A stretch of 64,000 nt of DNA from assembly GCA_044892525.1 (NCBI GenBank), contig CM097885.1, forward strand, positions 39,310,001-39,374,000. Reading direction: 5' to 3'. Numbering within the stretch: the first letter of the stretch is position 1; each line of letters opens with the position of its first letter. This DNA comes from Schmidtea polychroa (lineage: Eukaryota). A program made the translations under genes and the position numbers. Below the pieces are notes generated by a model that saw nothing but the letters and a program-made list of their open reading frames with translations, made no database searches and had not been told where the DNA came from. This document shows, in pieces, positions 36,115 through 48,915 of this stretch.

Positions 36115-37050
36115 TTATTTTTTAACTAATCTCCAAGAATTTTCTTTTTCGGCTGTTTTGTTTTCTCGAAAATTTTCTGTTTTGGTATCACGCATATTTG
36201 CAATTCTCTGTGTTCCACTGCTACAGTCTTTTGATTCTGTTACTTTAACATCTTTCTTTATTCTCCAATTATCACTATCACTAGGTTTTGTTTCTTTCAT
36301 TTCAACACTTTTCTTTTCTCTCCAATTATTGTTATATCTCGGTTTGAATACTTTCATTTCAACATTTGTCTTTACTCTCCAATTATCGCTATCACTTGGC
36401 TTAGTTTCTTTCATTTCAATAGTTTTCTTTACTCTCCAATTATTACTATTACTTGGCTTGGTTTCTTTCATTTCAACATTTTTCTTTACTCTCCAATTAT
36501 CGCTATCACTTGGTTTTGTTTCTTTCCTTTCAACAACTATCTTACTTCTCCAATTTTCAGATTCATCTGCTTTAGATTTCTTTTCATCTTTGTGAAAACA
36601 ACCATTCTTATCTAGAAATGTGTTAAATTTCTTTTCTTTGTCTATGTCCGTGATTAATGTCAAATTAATTGCTCTACCGACGAAAACTTGTCCATTAAAT
36701 TCCAACGCCGATTTCAAATTGTCCAAACTTCTGAATTCTATATTGCCAGTTCCTCGCTTTCTCGGATTGAAATAAATATCCACCAAATCTAAACCTTTAA
36801 ACAGATTTCTAATGCACTCTTCATCAACATCAAAATTCAGATTAGAAAATTCCAAATAAAATGGACCATCGATTGGTAGTTTATTAACTTCTTCAAGTTG
36901 ACGATTGGCATGTGTTGTTGTTGGCAAAGCTTTTCTCAATTCAGCAGTAATCGTTGTATTATTTTCGCTAATTTCCGAATTCTCAATTATGTTATTGTTG
37001 CTTTTTATCGTAAAATCGACATTAACGCTTTTCCAAACTTTTTTAACCAT
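36115..37050 (-). CDS. eIF4B: eIF4B-like protein, inverted copy inside the TIR element
   Basis: Intact 311-aa mirror of 18428..19363 with four substitutions (I/N, A/E, M/T, L/F). Confidence 0.75.
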   Translation of the reverse strand: MVKKVWKSVNVDFTIKSNNNIIENSEISENNTTITAELRKALPTTTHANRQLEEVNKLPIDGPFYLEFSNLNFDVDEECIRNLFKGLDLVDIYFNPRKRGTGNIEFRSLDNLKSALEFNGQVFVGRAINLTLITDIDKEKKFNTFLDKNGCFHKDEKKSKADESENWRSKIVVERKETKPSDSDNWRVKKNVEMKETKPSNSNNWRVKKTIEMKETKPSDSDNWRVKTNVEMKVFKPRYNNNWREKKSVEMKETKPSDSDNWRIKKDVKVTESKDCSSGTQRIANMRDTKTENFRENKTAEKENSWRLVKK

Positions 37051-39644
37051 TTGTATTATATTGTTAGTTTTATAGGAGTTGGTTTATTTAATATATGGAT
37101 ACATTCATAGCGAATCTTTTGAAATTTATTGGAATTTTAATTAATTTTATTGGTTTATATATATTTAATAAATTTTACATTTGCTGATTCGACTTTCACT
37201 TTCAAATATTCTTACTCAAAGAAATATACCACTTGCAGATGATTTTATGGATCTTAAACATTTATAAAGCCCCAATGATGCTTGATAAGTTAACTATTTC
37301 AATTTTATTTTACATTCAAATGCAGATTTACCAGCTCATTCACTTTCTTCCAGTTTCGCCTGATTTTACTTTTGGGTAAGGAAGTCACAATACCAGTTAA
37401 AACAGTTCCTTCAATCATTAACAGATTTTGGCATGTACTGTCCTGATATCAGACGAGAAATAGTCTTTAAATATATGAAACAGATGAATGCCGGAGTAGG
37501 AGTGTGAAAACTTTGTACTGATTATATTGCTGGATGATGATATTAGTGTTGGGCTAGAACTGATTTCTAGACCCAAACTTCTAATTATGACCGAAATGTG
37601 TAGGTACACAGCAAGTAAAAAAGCACAAAGTAGAGTTAAATATTAAAATTACATCAAATAAACAATAGTAATTAAAGGAAAAACAACAAAAAACATTAAC
37701 ACAGAAATTAAATAAAATTATCCAAAAGCAAGAAGTGATGCAAAAATAGAACTCAAAAACAACCAAATAAACACAGATAAGCATAAAACAGACTCGAACA
37801 ACTTAAAAGACGATAAAAACCGAAAAAATTCAAGAAAAACCCAGAACATTACATAAATGGCAATGACCATCACAATAGCCACTAGAACAATAAAAGTTAG
37901 AGAAAATAAATAAATTAGTATTAAAAATAATAAATCTTAAAAAGAAATTCACAAAACATCAGTTAGAATAAAAATTAAATTAAAAGTAAAATAGAATGTT
38001 CTGGAACCGTTCCAAATCCATCATGGACGGCAAATTAACGAAAAATAATTAAAAATTAAAAATATAAAAATAAAAACAAAAATTATGGCACAAAAATTGC
38101 CATTAAAAATAGCAAAATCGCTAAATAGAAAATTCTGGAATAAAAAGAATTCGAGTTTGTTTTACTGTATCAATACATACACGTGTACAAAATAGGTATA
38201 TATACCGACACGTTTCGGGCATAATTTAGTCATTTATGCCAAAATTTTTTGTTGACCAAATTTTGAAGGAAACTGATAGTAGGTATTTTTTGATTGCATT
38301 GTTTTTATGTTAACCATGTATGTAACCATTTTAATGAACACCATTCTATAATTAAATTATTCTTACTAAATTCGTTGTTATTTAGATAAATATGACTGAT
38401 CAGCGGCGTCACGGTGCGTCTCTATTCCGTCCTGCATTGGAAGATATCGAATAAAATTTTTATGCAACCTACCAACATGCATTATTCGTACTATATTGAT
38501 CGATACTATATGATTTCTTTTGTTCGGGTCCTTCGAAGGTCGAACTACTTTGTGGTTCTGCCACGGAGTTAGGTCGAGGAAACCCTCCGTCTGACTCTTT
38601 GTATTTATGTAAGGTCGACCGTAAATGGTTGACTCAACACTCAACACTAAGGTTTGTGGAAGTGGTCACAGTGGGGCCATGGAAGCAATATTCTTCCCGA
38701 CTTTGTACGTAATACAAATTTAAAATCAACATTAAAAATCAATGTCAAATATCTCTACAATAAGGTCTTAATCTGAGTAGAACTCATACCTAACCTTACA
38801 CAATCACCTTAATGAAGTCGGTTGATCAATAATAGCCATTCCAGTTGTACTTAGACATATGCCGAATCCGATTTTGGTAATAGAAATTTGTAGTAACTCA
38901 AGTAATAGAAATGATAAAGTGTCCGGCATATGTGTGGGTATAACCTCATCTAGTTGGGACTTCGAGATTAATTACTATGCGAATAAATTCAATCTACCTA
39001 TAGATATTACAAATCTAACCGATTAAATTACAGATCTATTAATTCAAGCGCCCATCTTAAATATTTATAAAGATATAAGTACTTATTATAAAATTTGCTA
39101 ATTATAGTCAAAATGCAAGTTATAGATAATTATGAGATTTTAGATATAAATTATATCGACCCTGAAAATATAAATTGATAATGGAGAAGTCTTGACCATA
39201 ATTTACTTTAATTTAATTTTTAGAACCATAATTTACTGTAATTTAATTTTTTAGAACCATAATTTACTTTAATTGAAAAAATTTGGACCATAATTTACTT
39301 TAATTCAATTTTTTAGAACCTTAATTTACTTTAATTTAATTTTTAGAACCTTAATTTACTTTAATTGAAAAATTTGGACCATAATTTACTTTAATTTAAT
39401 TTTTAGAACCATTATTTACAGTAATTGAAAAATTTGGACCATAATTACTTTAATTTAATTTTTAGACCCCTAATTTACTTTAATTCAATTTTTAGAACCA
39501 TTATTTACTGTAATTTAATTTTTTAGAACCATTATTTACTTTAATTTAATTTTTAGGACCATAATTACCTTATTTGAAAAATGTTGACCATAATTTACTT
39601 TAATTGAAAAATTTGGACCATTATTTACTTTAATTGAAAAATTT

Positions 39645-39970
39645 ACCACGTTTTTTAGTGTAGACCACCTATTTCTCAGGACCAAGTAGACTCACCTCAC
39701 TATAGTCTGAAAAATCCTTGGCTTTTTTAGTGTAGACCAGCTTTTTGTATTGAAAATATCATGAGACCTTAAATTACCATGCTTTTTTAGTGTAGACCAG
39801 CTTTTTGTATTGAAAATATCCTGAGACCTTAAATTACCACGTTTTTTTAATGTAGACCACCTATTTCTCAGGACCAAGGAGACTCACCTCACTATAGTCT
39901 GAAAAATCCTTGGCTTTTTTAGTGGTAGTCGGATTTTTGTATTGAAAAATTTTTTTTTGTATTGAAAATC
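39645..39970. repeat. Subterminal repeats found only at the right end (60-bp period)
   Basis: gcttttttagtgtagaccagctttttgtattgaaaatatc at 39721 and 39781. ctatttctcaggaccaag.agactcacctcactatagtctg occurs twice. Confidence 0.85.
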
Positions 39971-41629
39971 CCAGGACCATCGAGACCCCCTCACTATAGT
40001 GTGATAAAAAAAAATTTGGACTAAAATTCCCTGAAAGCAAAAAAATGAGTTGGGAACAATTGCGTAATAAAAATTTGGGAACAAACCCCCCCTCTCCCCC
40101 GGGGGGGTAATTGTTCCCGTGGGCTACTATCTACCTACTATTTACTTTATATGATATTATTTTATTTGAATAAAGGAAATGCTTATAAGCTAAAATCATA
40201 TTAGCTCATGATTCAATTTGTCCAAATTGCCAAATTGCGACCAACTAACGACTTATTGGACAGATAATTATATGATGATGAAATGTTGTCAAACTACTTC
40301 TGTATTTGATGATTTTGTAATATTTAGGTCTCACTATTTGAGAATATCAACTCTACTGGTTTTTATATAAATATAAATAAAGAACACAGGTCTTTATATA
40401 AATGTTTATTTAAAATTTCAAAAATTACCAAATGAGAAATCGAAATTTGCAAAAATGATCTTCTAAAATTGTACCTTTCACTGGATAATTACTAATTTAT
40501 TTTCACTGCAAAATGCTAGCTAATTGTGTGGTTTTTTTATGTTGTGTAGTGCTTGTTGTGTTAATTTTAAATCAATTAAATAAGGCTTCTGTAGAGAGTT
40601 TTTGTCTGGTCTGTGTTTAAATATTTACGAAGCATTAAACTTTGAAAACTCTTCTTGGAGCAAATATTTGGCGAATTAAATGATTTTCTTCGCGCCTATT
40701 TATATCAACATTTTTCAATAAAAATAAAATATGATTATTTCCTGCTTATACGCACTGAATAGTAATATTAAATATTATATCTACATATTTTGTTCTTTAT
40801 AGATTGCGTGCTATAATAAAGATATGTTTTTCTTAAATTATAATTATAATATAACATTAATTTTTTGAAATATAATAAATTTAATAGTAATTTTTCCTTG
40901 CGTTAAAATAAGTTAATTATAACGTAGAATAAAGATTATTGTACAGATAATTAGCATAACCTGATTAAATATAAAATAGTCAATTATATACAATATAGTC
41001 TCTACAAGATAGATTGGATTTGTGGGTCTTCTTTCTTATTAGACTTATTGCCTCGCTTCTGCATATACGTTGACCATTTAACCTTTAGACTCTGTCTTAT
41101 TATTATTTGTTAGGGACGAATGTGGTGATGTGCCTACTATCATCATCCAGCAATATAATCAGTACAAAGTTTTCACACTCCTACTCCGGCATTCATCTGT
41201 TTCATATATTTAAAGACTATTTCTCGCCTGATATCAGGACAGTACATGCCAAAATCTGTTAATGATTGAAGGAACTGTTTTAACTGGTATTGTGACTTCC
41301 TTACCCAAAAGTAAAATCAGGCGAAACTGGAAGAAAGTGAATGAGCTGGTAAATCTGCATTTGAATGTAAAATAAAATTGAAATAGTTAACTTATCAAGC
41401 ATCATTGGGGCTTTATAAATGTTTAAGATCCATAAAATCATCTGCAAGTGGTATATTTCTTTGAGTAAGAATATTTGAAAGTGAAAGTCGAATCAGCAAA
41501 TGTAAAATTTATTAAATATATATAAACCAATAAAATTAATTAAAATTCCAATAAATTTCAAAAGATTCGCTATGAATGTATCCATATATTAAATAAACCA
41601 ACTCCTATAAAACTAACAATATAATACAA

Positions 41630-42565
41630 ATGGTTAAAAAAGTTTGGAAAAGCGTTAATGTCGATTTTACGATAAAAAGCAACAATAACATAATTGAGAA
41701 TTCGGAAATTAGCGAAAATAATACAACGATTACTGCTGAATTGAGAAAAGCTTTGCCAACAACAACACATGCCAATCGTCAACTTGAAGAAGTTAATAAA
41801 CTACCAATCGATGGTCCATTTTATTTGGCATTTTCTAATCTGAATTTTGATGTTGATGAAGAGTGCATTAGAAATCTGTTTAAAGGTTTAGATTTGGTGG
41901 ATATTTATTTCAATCCGAGAAAGCGAGGAACTGGCAATATAGAATTCAGAAGTTTGGACAATTTGAAATCGGCGTTGGAATTTAATGGACAAGTTTTCGT
42001 CGGTAGAGCAATTAATTTGACATTAATCACGGACATAGACAAAGAAAAGAAATTTAACACATTTCTAGATAAGAATGGTTGTTTTCACAAAGATGAAAAG
42101 AAATCTAAAGCAGATGAATCTGAAAATTGGAGAAGTAAGAAAGTTGTTGAAAGGAAAGAAACAAAACCAAGTGATAGCGATAATTGGAGAGTAAAGAAAA
42201 ATGTTGAAATGAAAGAAACCAAGCCAAGTAATAGTAATAATTGGAGAGTAAAGAAAACTATTGAAATGAAAGAAACTAAGCCAAGTGATAGCGATAATTG
42301 GAGAGTAAAGACAAATGTTGAAATGAAAGTATTCAAACCGAGATATAACAATAATTGGAGAGAAAAGAAAAGTGTTGAAATGAAAGAAACAAAACCTAGT
42401 GATAGTGATAATTGGAGAATAAAGAAAGATGTTAAAGTAACAGAATCAAAAGACTGTAGCAGTGGAACACAGAGAATTACAAATATGCGTGATACCAAAA
42501 CAGAAAATCTTCGAAAAAACAAAACAGCCGAAAAAGAAAATTCTTGGAGATTAGTTAAAAAATAA
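41630..42565 (+). CDS. eIF4B: eIF4B-like protein, tandem copy
   Basis: Intact 311-aa ORF, near-identical to copy 1. Confidence 0.75.
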   Translation: MVKKVWKSVNVDFTIKSNNNIIENSEISENNTTITAELRKALPTTTHANRQLEEVNKLPIDGPFYLAFSNLNFDVDEECIRNLFKGLDLVDIYFNPRKRGTGNIEFRSLDNLKSALEFNGQVFVGRAINLTLITDIDKEKKFNTFLDKNGCFHKDEKKSKADESENWRSKKVVERKETKPSDSDNWRVKKNVEMKETKPSNSNNWRVKKTIEMKETKPSDSDNWRVKTNVEMKVFKPRYNNNWREKKSVEMKETKPSDSDNWRIKKDVKVTESKDCSSGTQRITNMRDTKTENLRKNKTAEKENSWRLVKK

Positions 42566-45272
42566 ATTTTTCCTTTCTATATTTGTTTAATATTATGATT
42601 GTTGTTTTTTCTTTAGAGTGTTTAATATATTTATTTTTCAATGTAAAATGTTTGATATATATCTTTAATATTAAATTGTATTTTTATGATAGTAGTTTGT
42701 TTGCAAAACTGATAATGAGAAAGTACATAAATCTCTATTTTATTTTTGTTATGATAGAACATTTTAAGGATACGTTTGAAATTATATTTATCAATAAAAA
42801 TTAAAATTTCTAAGTTTATTTAAATATATTAAATATCTAAGTTTATTTATATTGTAATTAAAATCAATTTCATAATTTTAATAAAATAATAGACCTAGAA
42901 AATTTCGAAAGATAGGGAAATAGAATGTAAGTAATTATATTTATTACTCATTATTTAGTCAACTTTCATGTTATAGATAATAGTTGACATATGTTTAGAT
43001 AATTGGTTTTTATTTTTTCATTGAAAGGTCAGATTTGGTCTATGATTACCGTATGTGTGCGTGTGTAAGTAACTGAGTGATAAGGTTACTGTTACTTGAC
43101 ACCCAACAAAAAACATTTATGACGTCACTACACAGGTATGCAATATTGAGTATTATATATTTTTTACAATTAACAGTCAAACATATTAGTTTTGCAAATT
43201 GAATTCAACAAGCTAGGATTGATTGAATATTAAAAATATGTTGCAGTTGAAATCAGATTATGGTGAATATTTATAGGATGACTTTTATTATAGTATTTAA
43301 TTTTATTCAAAACAATTTCTATTTTAACGCATAGATAAAATTCAAAAAACTTTGACAAATAACTATTATGTCATTGAATTAGTTTTCATAAAATATTATT
43401 ATATATGAATATTAATAGACAATCTATGTATTATTTTATGAAAGTTAATTAATAGCAGCTTAAAAATACTCAAAGACCTTTCCTAATGTTATTGAACACC
43501 AATAAAACATCATTTATTCCATTTCAAAAATTAAATATTTTTACTCTTATTTGAAATAAACTCAATGGTAGTTTATTAAGTACGTGACATAGCATTTTAT
43601 TTATTTCATTATAAAGCTCTTTTCGTTTCTTGAAACCTTGATAATTTATCTTAATATTTTGGCTTAATTTAATTAATTTCGATCTATCTTGACTCTTATT
43701 ATCGGTAGATTTAACATTTGTCGACATCAAAATAAAGTCAAAAGACAATCAAGAATCATTGAATTAAGAGAAATCTTTTTATATTTACTTTATATGATAT
43801 TATTTTATTTGAATAAAGGAAATGCTTATAAGCTAAAATCATATTAGCTCATGATTCAATTTGTCCAAATTGCCAAATTGCGACCAACTAACGACTTATT
43901 GGACAGATAATTATATGATGATGAAATGTTGTCAAACTACTTCTGTATTTGATGATTTTGTAATATTTAGGTCTCACTATTTGAGAATATCAACTCTACT
44001 GGTTTTTATATAAATATAAATAAAGAACACAGGTCTTTATATAAATGTTTATTTAAAATTTCAAAAATTACCAAATGAGAAATCGAAATTTGCAAAAATG
44101 ATCTTCTAAAATTGTACCTTTCACTGGATAATTACTAATTTATTTTCACTGCAAAATGCTAGCTAATTGTGTGGTTTTTTTATGTTGTGTAGTGCTTGTT
44201 GTGTTAATTTTAAATCAATTAAATAAGGCTTCTGTAGAGAGTTTTTGTCTGGTCTGTGTTTAAATATTTACGAAGCATTAAACTTTGAAAACTCTTCTTG
44301 GAGCAAATATTTGGCGAATTAAATGATTTTCTTCGCGCCTATTTATATCAACATTTTTCAATAAAAATAAAATATGATTATTTCCTGCTTATACGCACTG
44401 AATAGTAATATTAAATATTATATCTACATATTTTGTTCTTTATAGATTGCGTGCTATAATAAAGATATGTTTTTCTTAAATTATAATTATAATATAACAT
44501 TAATTTTTTGAAATATAATAAATTTAATAGTAATTTTTCCTTGCGTTAAAATAAGTTAATTATAACGTAGAATAAAGATTATTGTACAGATAATTAGCAT
44601 AACCTGATTAAATATAAAATAGTCAATTATATACAATATAGTCTCTACAAGATAGATTGGATTTGTGGGTCTTCTTTCTTATTAGACTTATTGCCTCGCT
44701 TCTGCATATACGTTGACCATTTAACCTTTAGACTCTGTCTTATTATTATTTGTTAGGGACGAATGTGGTGATGTGCCTACTATCATCATCCAGCAATATA
44801 ATCAGTACAAAGTTTTCACACTCCTACTCCGGCATTCATCTGTTTCATATATTTAAAGACTATTTCTCGCCTGATATCAGGACAGTACATGCCAAAATCT
44901 GTTAATGATTGAAGGAACTGTTTTAACTGGTATTGTGACTTCCTTACCCAAAAGTAAAATCAGGCGAAACTGGAAGAAAGTGAATGAGCTGGTAAATCTG
45001 CATTTGAATGTAAAATAAAATTGAAATAGTTAACTTATCAAGCATCATTGGGGCTTTATAAATGTTTAAGATCCATAAAATCATCTGCAAGTGGTATATT
45101 TCTTTGAGTAAGAATATTTGAAAGTGAAAGTCGAATCAGCAAATGTAAAATTTATTAAATATATATAAACCAATAAAATTAATTAAAATTCCAATAAATT
45201 TCAAAAGATTCGCTATGAATGTATCCATATATTAAATAAACCAACTCCTATAAAACTAACAATATAATACAA

Positions 45273-46208
45273 ATGGTTAAAAAAGTTTGGAAAAGCGTTA
45301 ATGTCGATTTTACGATAAAAAGCAACAATAACATAATTGAGAATTCGGAAATTAGCGAAAATAATACAACGATTACTGCTGAATTGAGAAAAGCTTTGCC
45401 AACAACAACACATGCCAATCGTCAACTTGAAGAAGTTAATAAACTACCAATCGATGGTCCATTTTATTTGGAATTTTCTAATCTGAATTTTGATGTTGAT
45501 GAAGAGTGCATTAGAAATCTGTTTAAAGGTTTAGATTTGGTGGATATTTATTTCAATCCGAGAAAGCGAGGAACTGGCAATATAGAATTCAGAAGTTTGG
45601 ACAATTTGAAATCGGCGTTGGAATTTAATGGACAAGTTTTCGTCGGTAGAGCAATTAATTTGACATTAATCACGGACATAGACAAAGAAAAGAAATTTAA
45701 CACATTTCTAGATAAGAATGGTTGTTTTCACAAAGATGAAAAGAAATCTAAAGCAGATGAATCTGAAAATTGGAGAAGTAAGAAAGTTGTTGAAAGGAAA
45801 GAAACAAAACCAAGTGATAGCGATAATTGGAGAGTAAAGAAAAATGTTGAAATGAAAGAAACCAAGCCAAGTAATAGTAATAATTGGAGAGTAAAGAAAA
45901 CTATTGAAATGAAAGAAACTAAGCCAAGTGATAGCGATAATTGGAGAGTAAAGACAAATGTTGAAATGAAAGTATTCAAACCGAGATATAACAATAATTG
46001 GAGAGAAAAGAAAAGTGTTGAAATGAAAGAAACAAAACCTAGTGATAGTGATTATTGGAGAATAAAGAAAGATGTTAAAGTAACAGAATCAAAAGACTGT
46101 AGCAGTGGAACACAGAGAATTACAAATATGCGTGATACCAAAACAGAAAATCTTCGAAAAAACAAAACAGCCGAAAAAGAAAATTCTTGGAGATTAGTTA
46201 AAAAATAA
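45273..46208 (+). CDS. eIF4B: eIF4B-like protein, tandem copy
   Basis: Intact 311-aa ORF; FYLEFS and SDYWR variants. Confidence 0.75.
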   Translation: MVKKVWKSVNVDFTIKSNNNIIENSEISENNTTITAELRKALPTTTHANRQLEEVNKLPIDGPFYLEFSNLNFDVDEECIRNLFKGLDLVDIYFNPRKRGTGNIEFRSLDNLKSALEFNGQVFVGRAINLTLITDIDKEKKFNTFLDKNGCFHKDEKKSKADESENWRSKKVVERKETKPSDSDNWRVKKNVEMKETKPSNSNNWRVKKTIEMKETKPSDSDNWRVKTNVEMKVFKPRYNNNWREKKSVEMKETKPSDSDYWRIKKDVKVTESKDCSSGTQRITNMRDTKTENLRKNKTAEKENSWRLVKK

Positions 46209-48915
46209 ATTTTTCCTTTCTATATTTGTTTAATATTATGATTGTTGTTTTTTCTTTAGAGTGTTTAATATATTTATTTTTCAATGTAAAATGTTTGATA
46301 TATATCTTTAATATTAAATTGTATTTTTATGATAGTAGTTTGTTTGCAAAACTGATAATGAGAAAGTACATAAATCTCTATTTTATTTTTGTTATGATAG
46401 AACATTTTAAGGATACGTTTGAAATTATATTTATCAATAAAAATTAAAATTTCTAAGTTTATTTAAATATATTAAATATCTAAGTTTATTTATATTGTAA
46501 TTAAAATCAATTTCATAATTTTAATAAAATAATAGACCTAGAAAATTTCGAAAGATAGGGAAATAGAATGTAAGTAATTATATTTATTACTCATTATTTA
46601 GTCAACTTTCATGTTATAGATAATAGTTGACATATGTTTAGATAATTGGTTTTTATTTTTTCATTGAAAGGTCAGATTTGGTCTATGATTACCGTATGTG
46701 TGCGTGTGTAAGTAACTGAGTGATAAGGTTACTGTTACTTGACACCCAACAAAAAACATTTATGACGTCACTACACAGGTATGCAATATTGAGTATTATA
46801 TATTTTTTACAATTAACAGTCAAACATATTAGTTTTGCAAATTGAATTCAACAAGCTAGGATTGATTGAATATTAAAAATATGTTGCAGTTGAAATCAGA
46901 TTATGGTGAATATTTATAGGATGACTTTTATTATAGTATTTAATTTTATTCAAAACAATTTCTATTTTAACGCATAGATAAAATTCAAAAAACTTTGACA
47001 AATAACTATTATGTCATTGAATTAGTTTTCATAAAATATTATTATATATGAATATTAATAGACAATCTATGTATTATTTTATGAAAGTTAATTAATAGCA
47101 GCTTAAAAATACTCAAAGACCTTTCCTAATGTTATTGAACACCAATAAAACATCATTTATTCCATTTCAAAAATTAAATATTTTTACTCTTATTTGAAAT
47201 AAACTCAATGGTAGTTTATTAAGTACGTGACATAGCATTTAATTTATTTCATTATAAAGCTCTTTTCGTTTCTTGAAACCTTGATAATTTATCTTAATAT
47301 TTTGGCTTAATTTAATAAATTTCGATCTATCTTGACTCTTATTATCGGTAGATTTAACATTTGTCGACATCAGAATAAAGTCAAAAGACAATCAAGAATC
47401 ATTGAATTAAGAGAAATCTTTTTATATTTACTTTATATGATATTATTTTATTTGAATAAAGGAAATGCTTATAAGCTAAAATCATATTAGCTCATGATTC
47501 AATTTGTCCAAATTGCCAAATTGCGACCAACTAACGACTTATTGGACAGATAATTATATGATGATGAAATGTTGTCAAACTACTTCTGTATTTGATGATT
47601 TTGTAATATTTAGGTCTCACTATTTGAGAATCTCAACTCTACTGGTTTTTATATAAATATAAATAAAGAACACAGGTCTTTATATAAATGTTTATTTAAA
47701 ATTTCAAAAATTACCAAATGAGAAATCGAAATTTGCAAAAATGATCTTCTAAAATTGTAACTTTCACTGGATAATTACTAATTTATTTTCACTGCAAAAT
47801 GCTAGCTAATTGTGTGGTTTTTTTATGTTGTGTAGTGCTTGTTGTGTTAATTTTAAATCAATTAAATAAGGCTTCTGTAGAGAGTTTTTGTCTGGTCTGT
47901 GTTTAAATATTTACGAAGCATTAAACTTTGAAAACTCTTCTTGGAGCAAATATTTGGCGAATTAAATGATTTTCTTCGCGCCTATTTATATCAACATTTT
48001 TCAATAAAAATAAAATATGATTATTTCCTGCTTATACGCACTGAATAGTAATATTAAATATTATATCTACATATTTTGTTCTTTATAGATTGCGTGCTAT
48101 AATAAAGATATGTTTTTCTTAAATTATAATTATAATATAACATTAATTTTTTGAAATATAATAAATTTAATAGTAATTTTTCCTTGCGTTAAAATAAGTT
48201 AATTATAACGTAGAATAAAGATTATTGTACAGATAATTAGCATAACCTGATTAAATATAAAATAGTCAATTATATACAATATAGTCTCTACAAGATAGAT
48301 TGGATTTGTGGGTCTTCTTTCTTATTAGACTTATTGCCTCGCTTCTGCATATACGTTGACCATTTAACCTTTAGACTCTGTCTTATTATTATTTGTTAGG
48401 GACGAATGTGGTGATGTGCCTACTATCATCATCCAGCAATATAATCAGTACAAAGTTTTCACACTCCTACTCCGGCATTCATCTGTTTCATATATTTAAA
48501 GACTATTTCTCGCCTGATATCAGGACAGTACATGCCAAAATCTGTTAATGATTGAAGGAACTGTTTTAACTGGTATTGTGACTTCCTTACCCAAAAGTAA
48601 AATCAGGCGAAACTGGAAGAAAGTGAATGAGCTGGTAAATCTGCATTTGAATGTAAAATAAAATTGAAATAGTTAACTTATCAAGCATCATTGGGGCTTT
48701 ATAAATGTTTAAGATCCATAAAATCATCTGCAAGTGGTATATTTCTTTGAGTAAGAATATTTGAAAGTGAAAGTCGAATCAGCAAATGTAAAATTTATTA
48801 AATATATATAAACCAATAAAATTAATTAAAATTCCAATAAATTTCAAAAGATTCGCTATGAATGTATCCATATATTAAATAAACCAACTCCTATAAAACT
48901 AACAATATAATACAA

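Larger units (their letters stand above)
16283..39195. repeat. Giant inverted duplication (palindrome): arms 16283-27580 and 27652-39195, 71-bp spacer
   Basis: tcaagacttctccat (16283) is mirrored at 39181-39195. Mirrored ORF pairs: 16831/38647, 18428/37050, 23180/32156. Centre ...ataaatattc | gaatatttat.... Confidence 0.97.
20587..40139. mobile_element. Non-autonomous, rearranged TIR element with Polinton/Maverick-type ends (AGT...ACT, 6-bp TSD)
   Basis: 32-bp perfect TIR agtaggtagatagtagcccacgggaacaatta at 20587-20618 and 40108-40139. TSD ATTTAC at 20581-20586 and 40140-40145. The other array units show the empty site atctttttat-atttac-tttatatg. The same subterminal satellite occurs at both ends in opposite orientation. 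Confidence 0.85.

Noticed and set aside
43524..43748. 74-aa minus-strand ORF in the unit spacer
   Set aside because: Open in only two units, TTG start, no recognisable domain.
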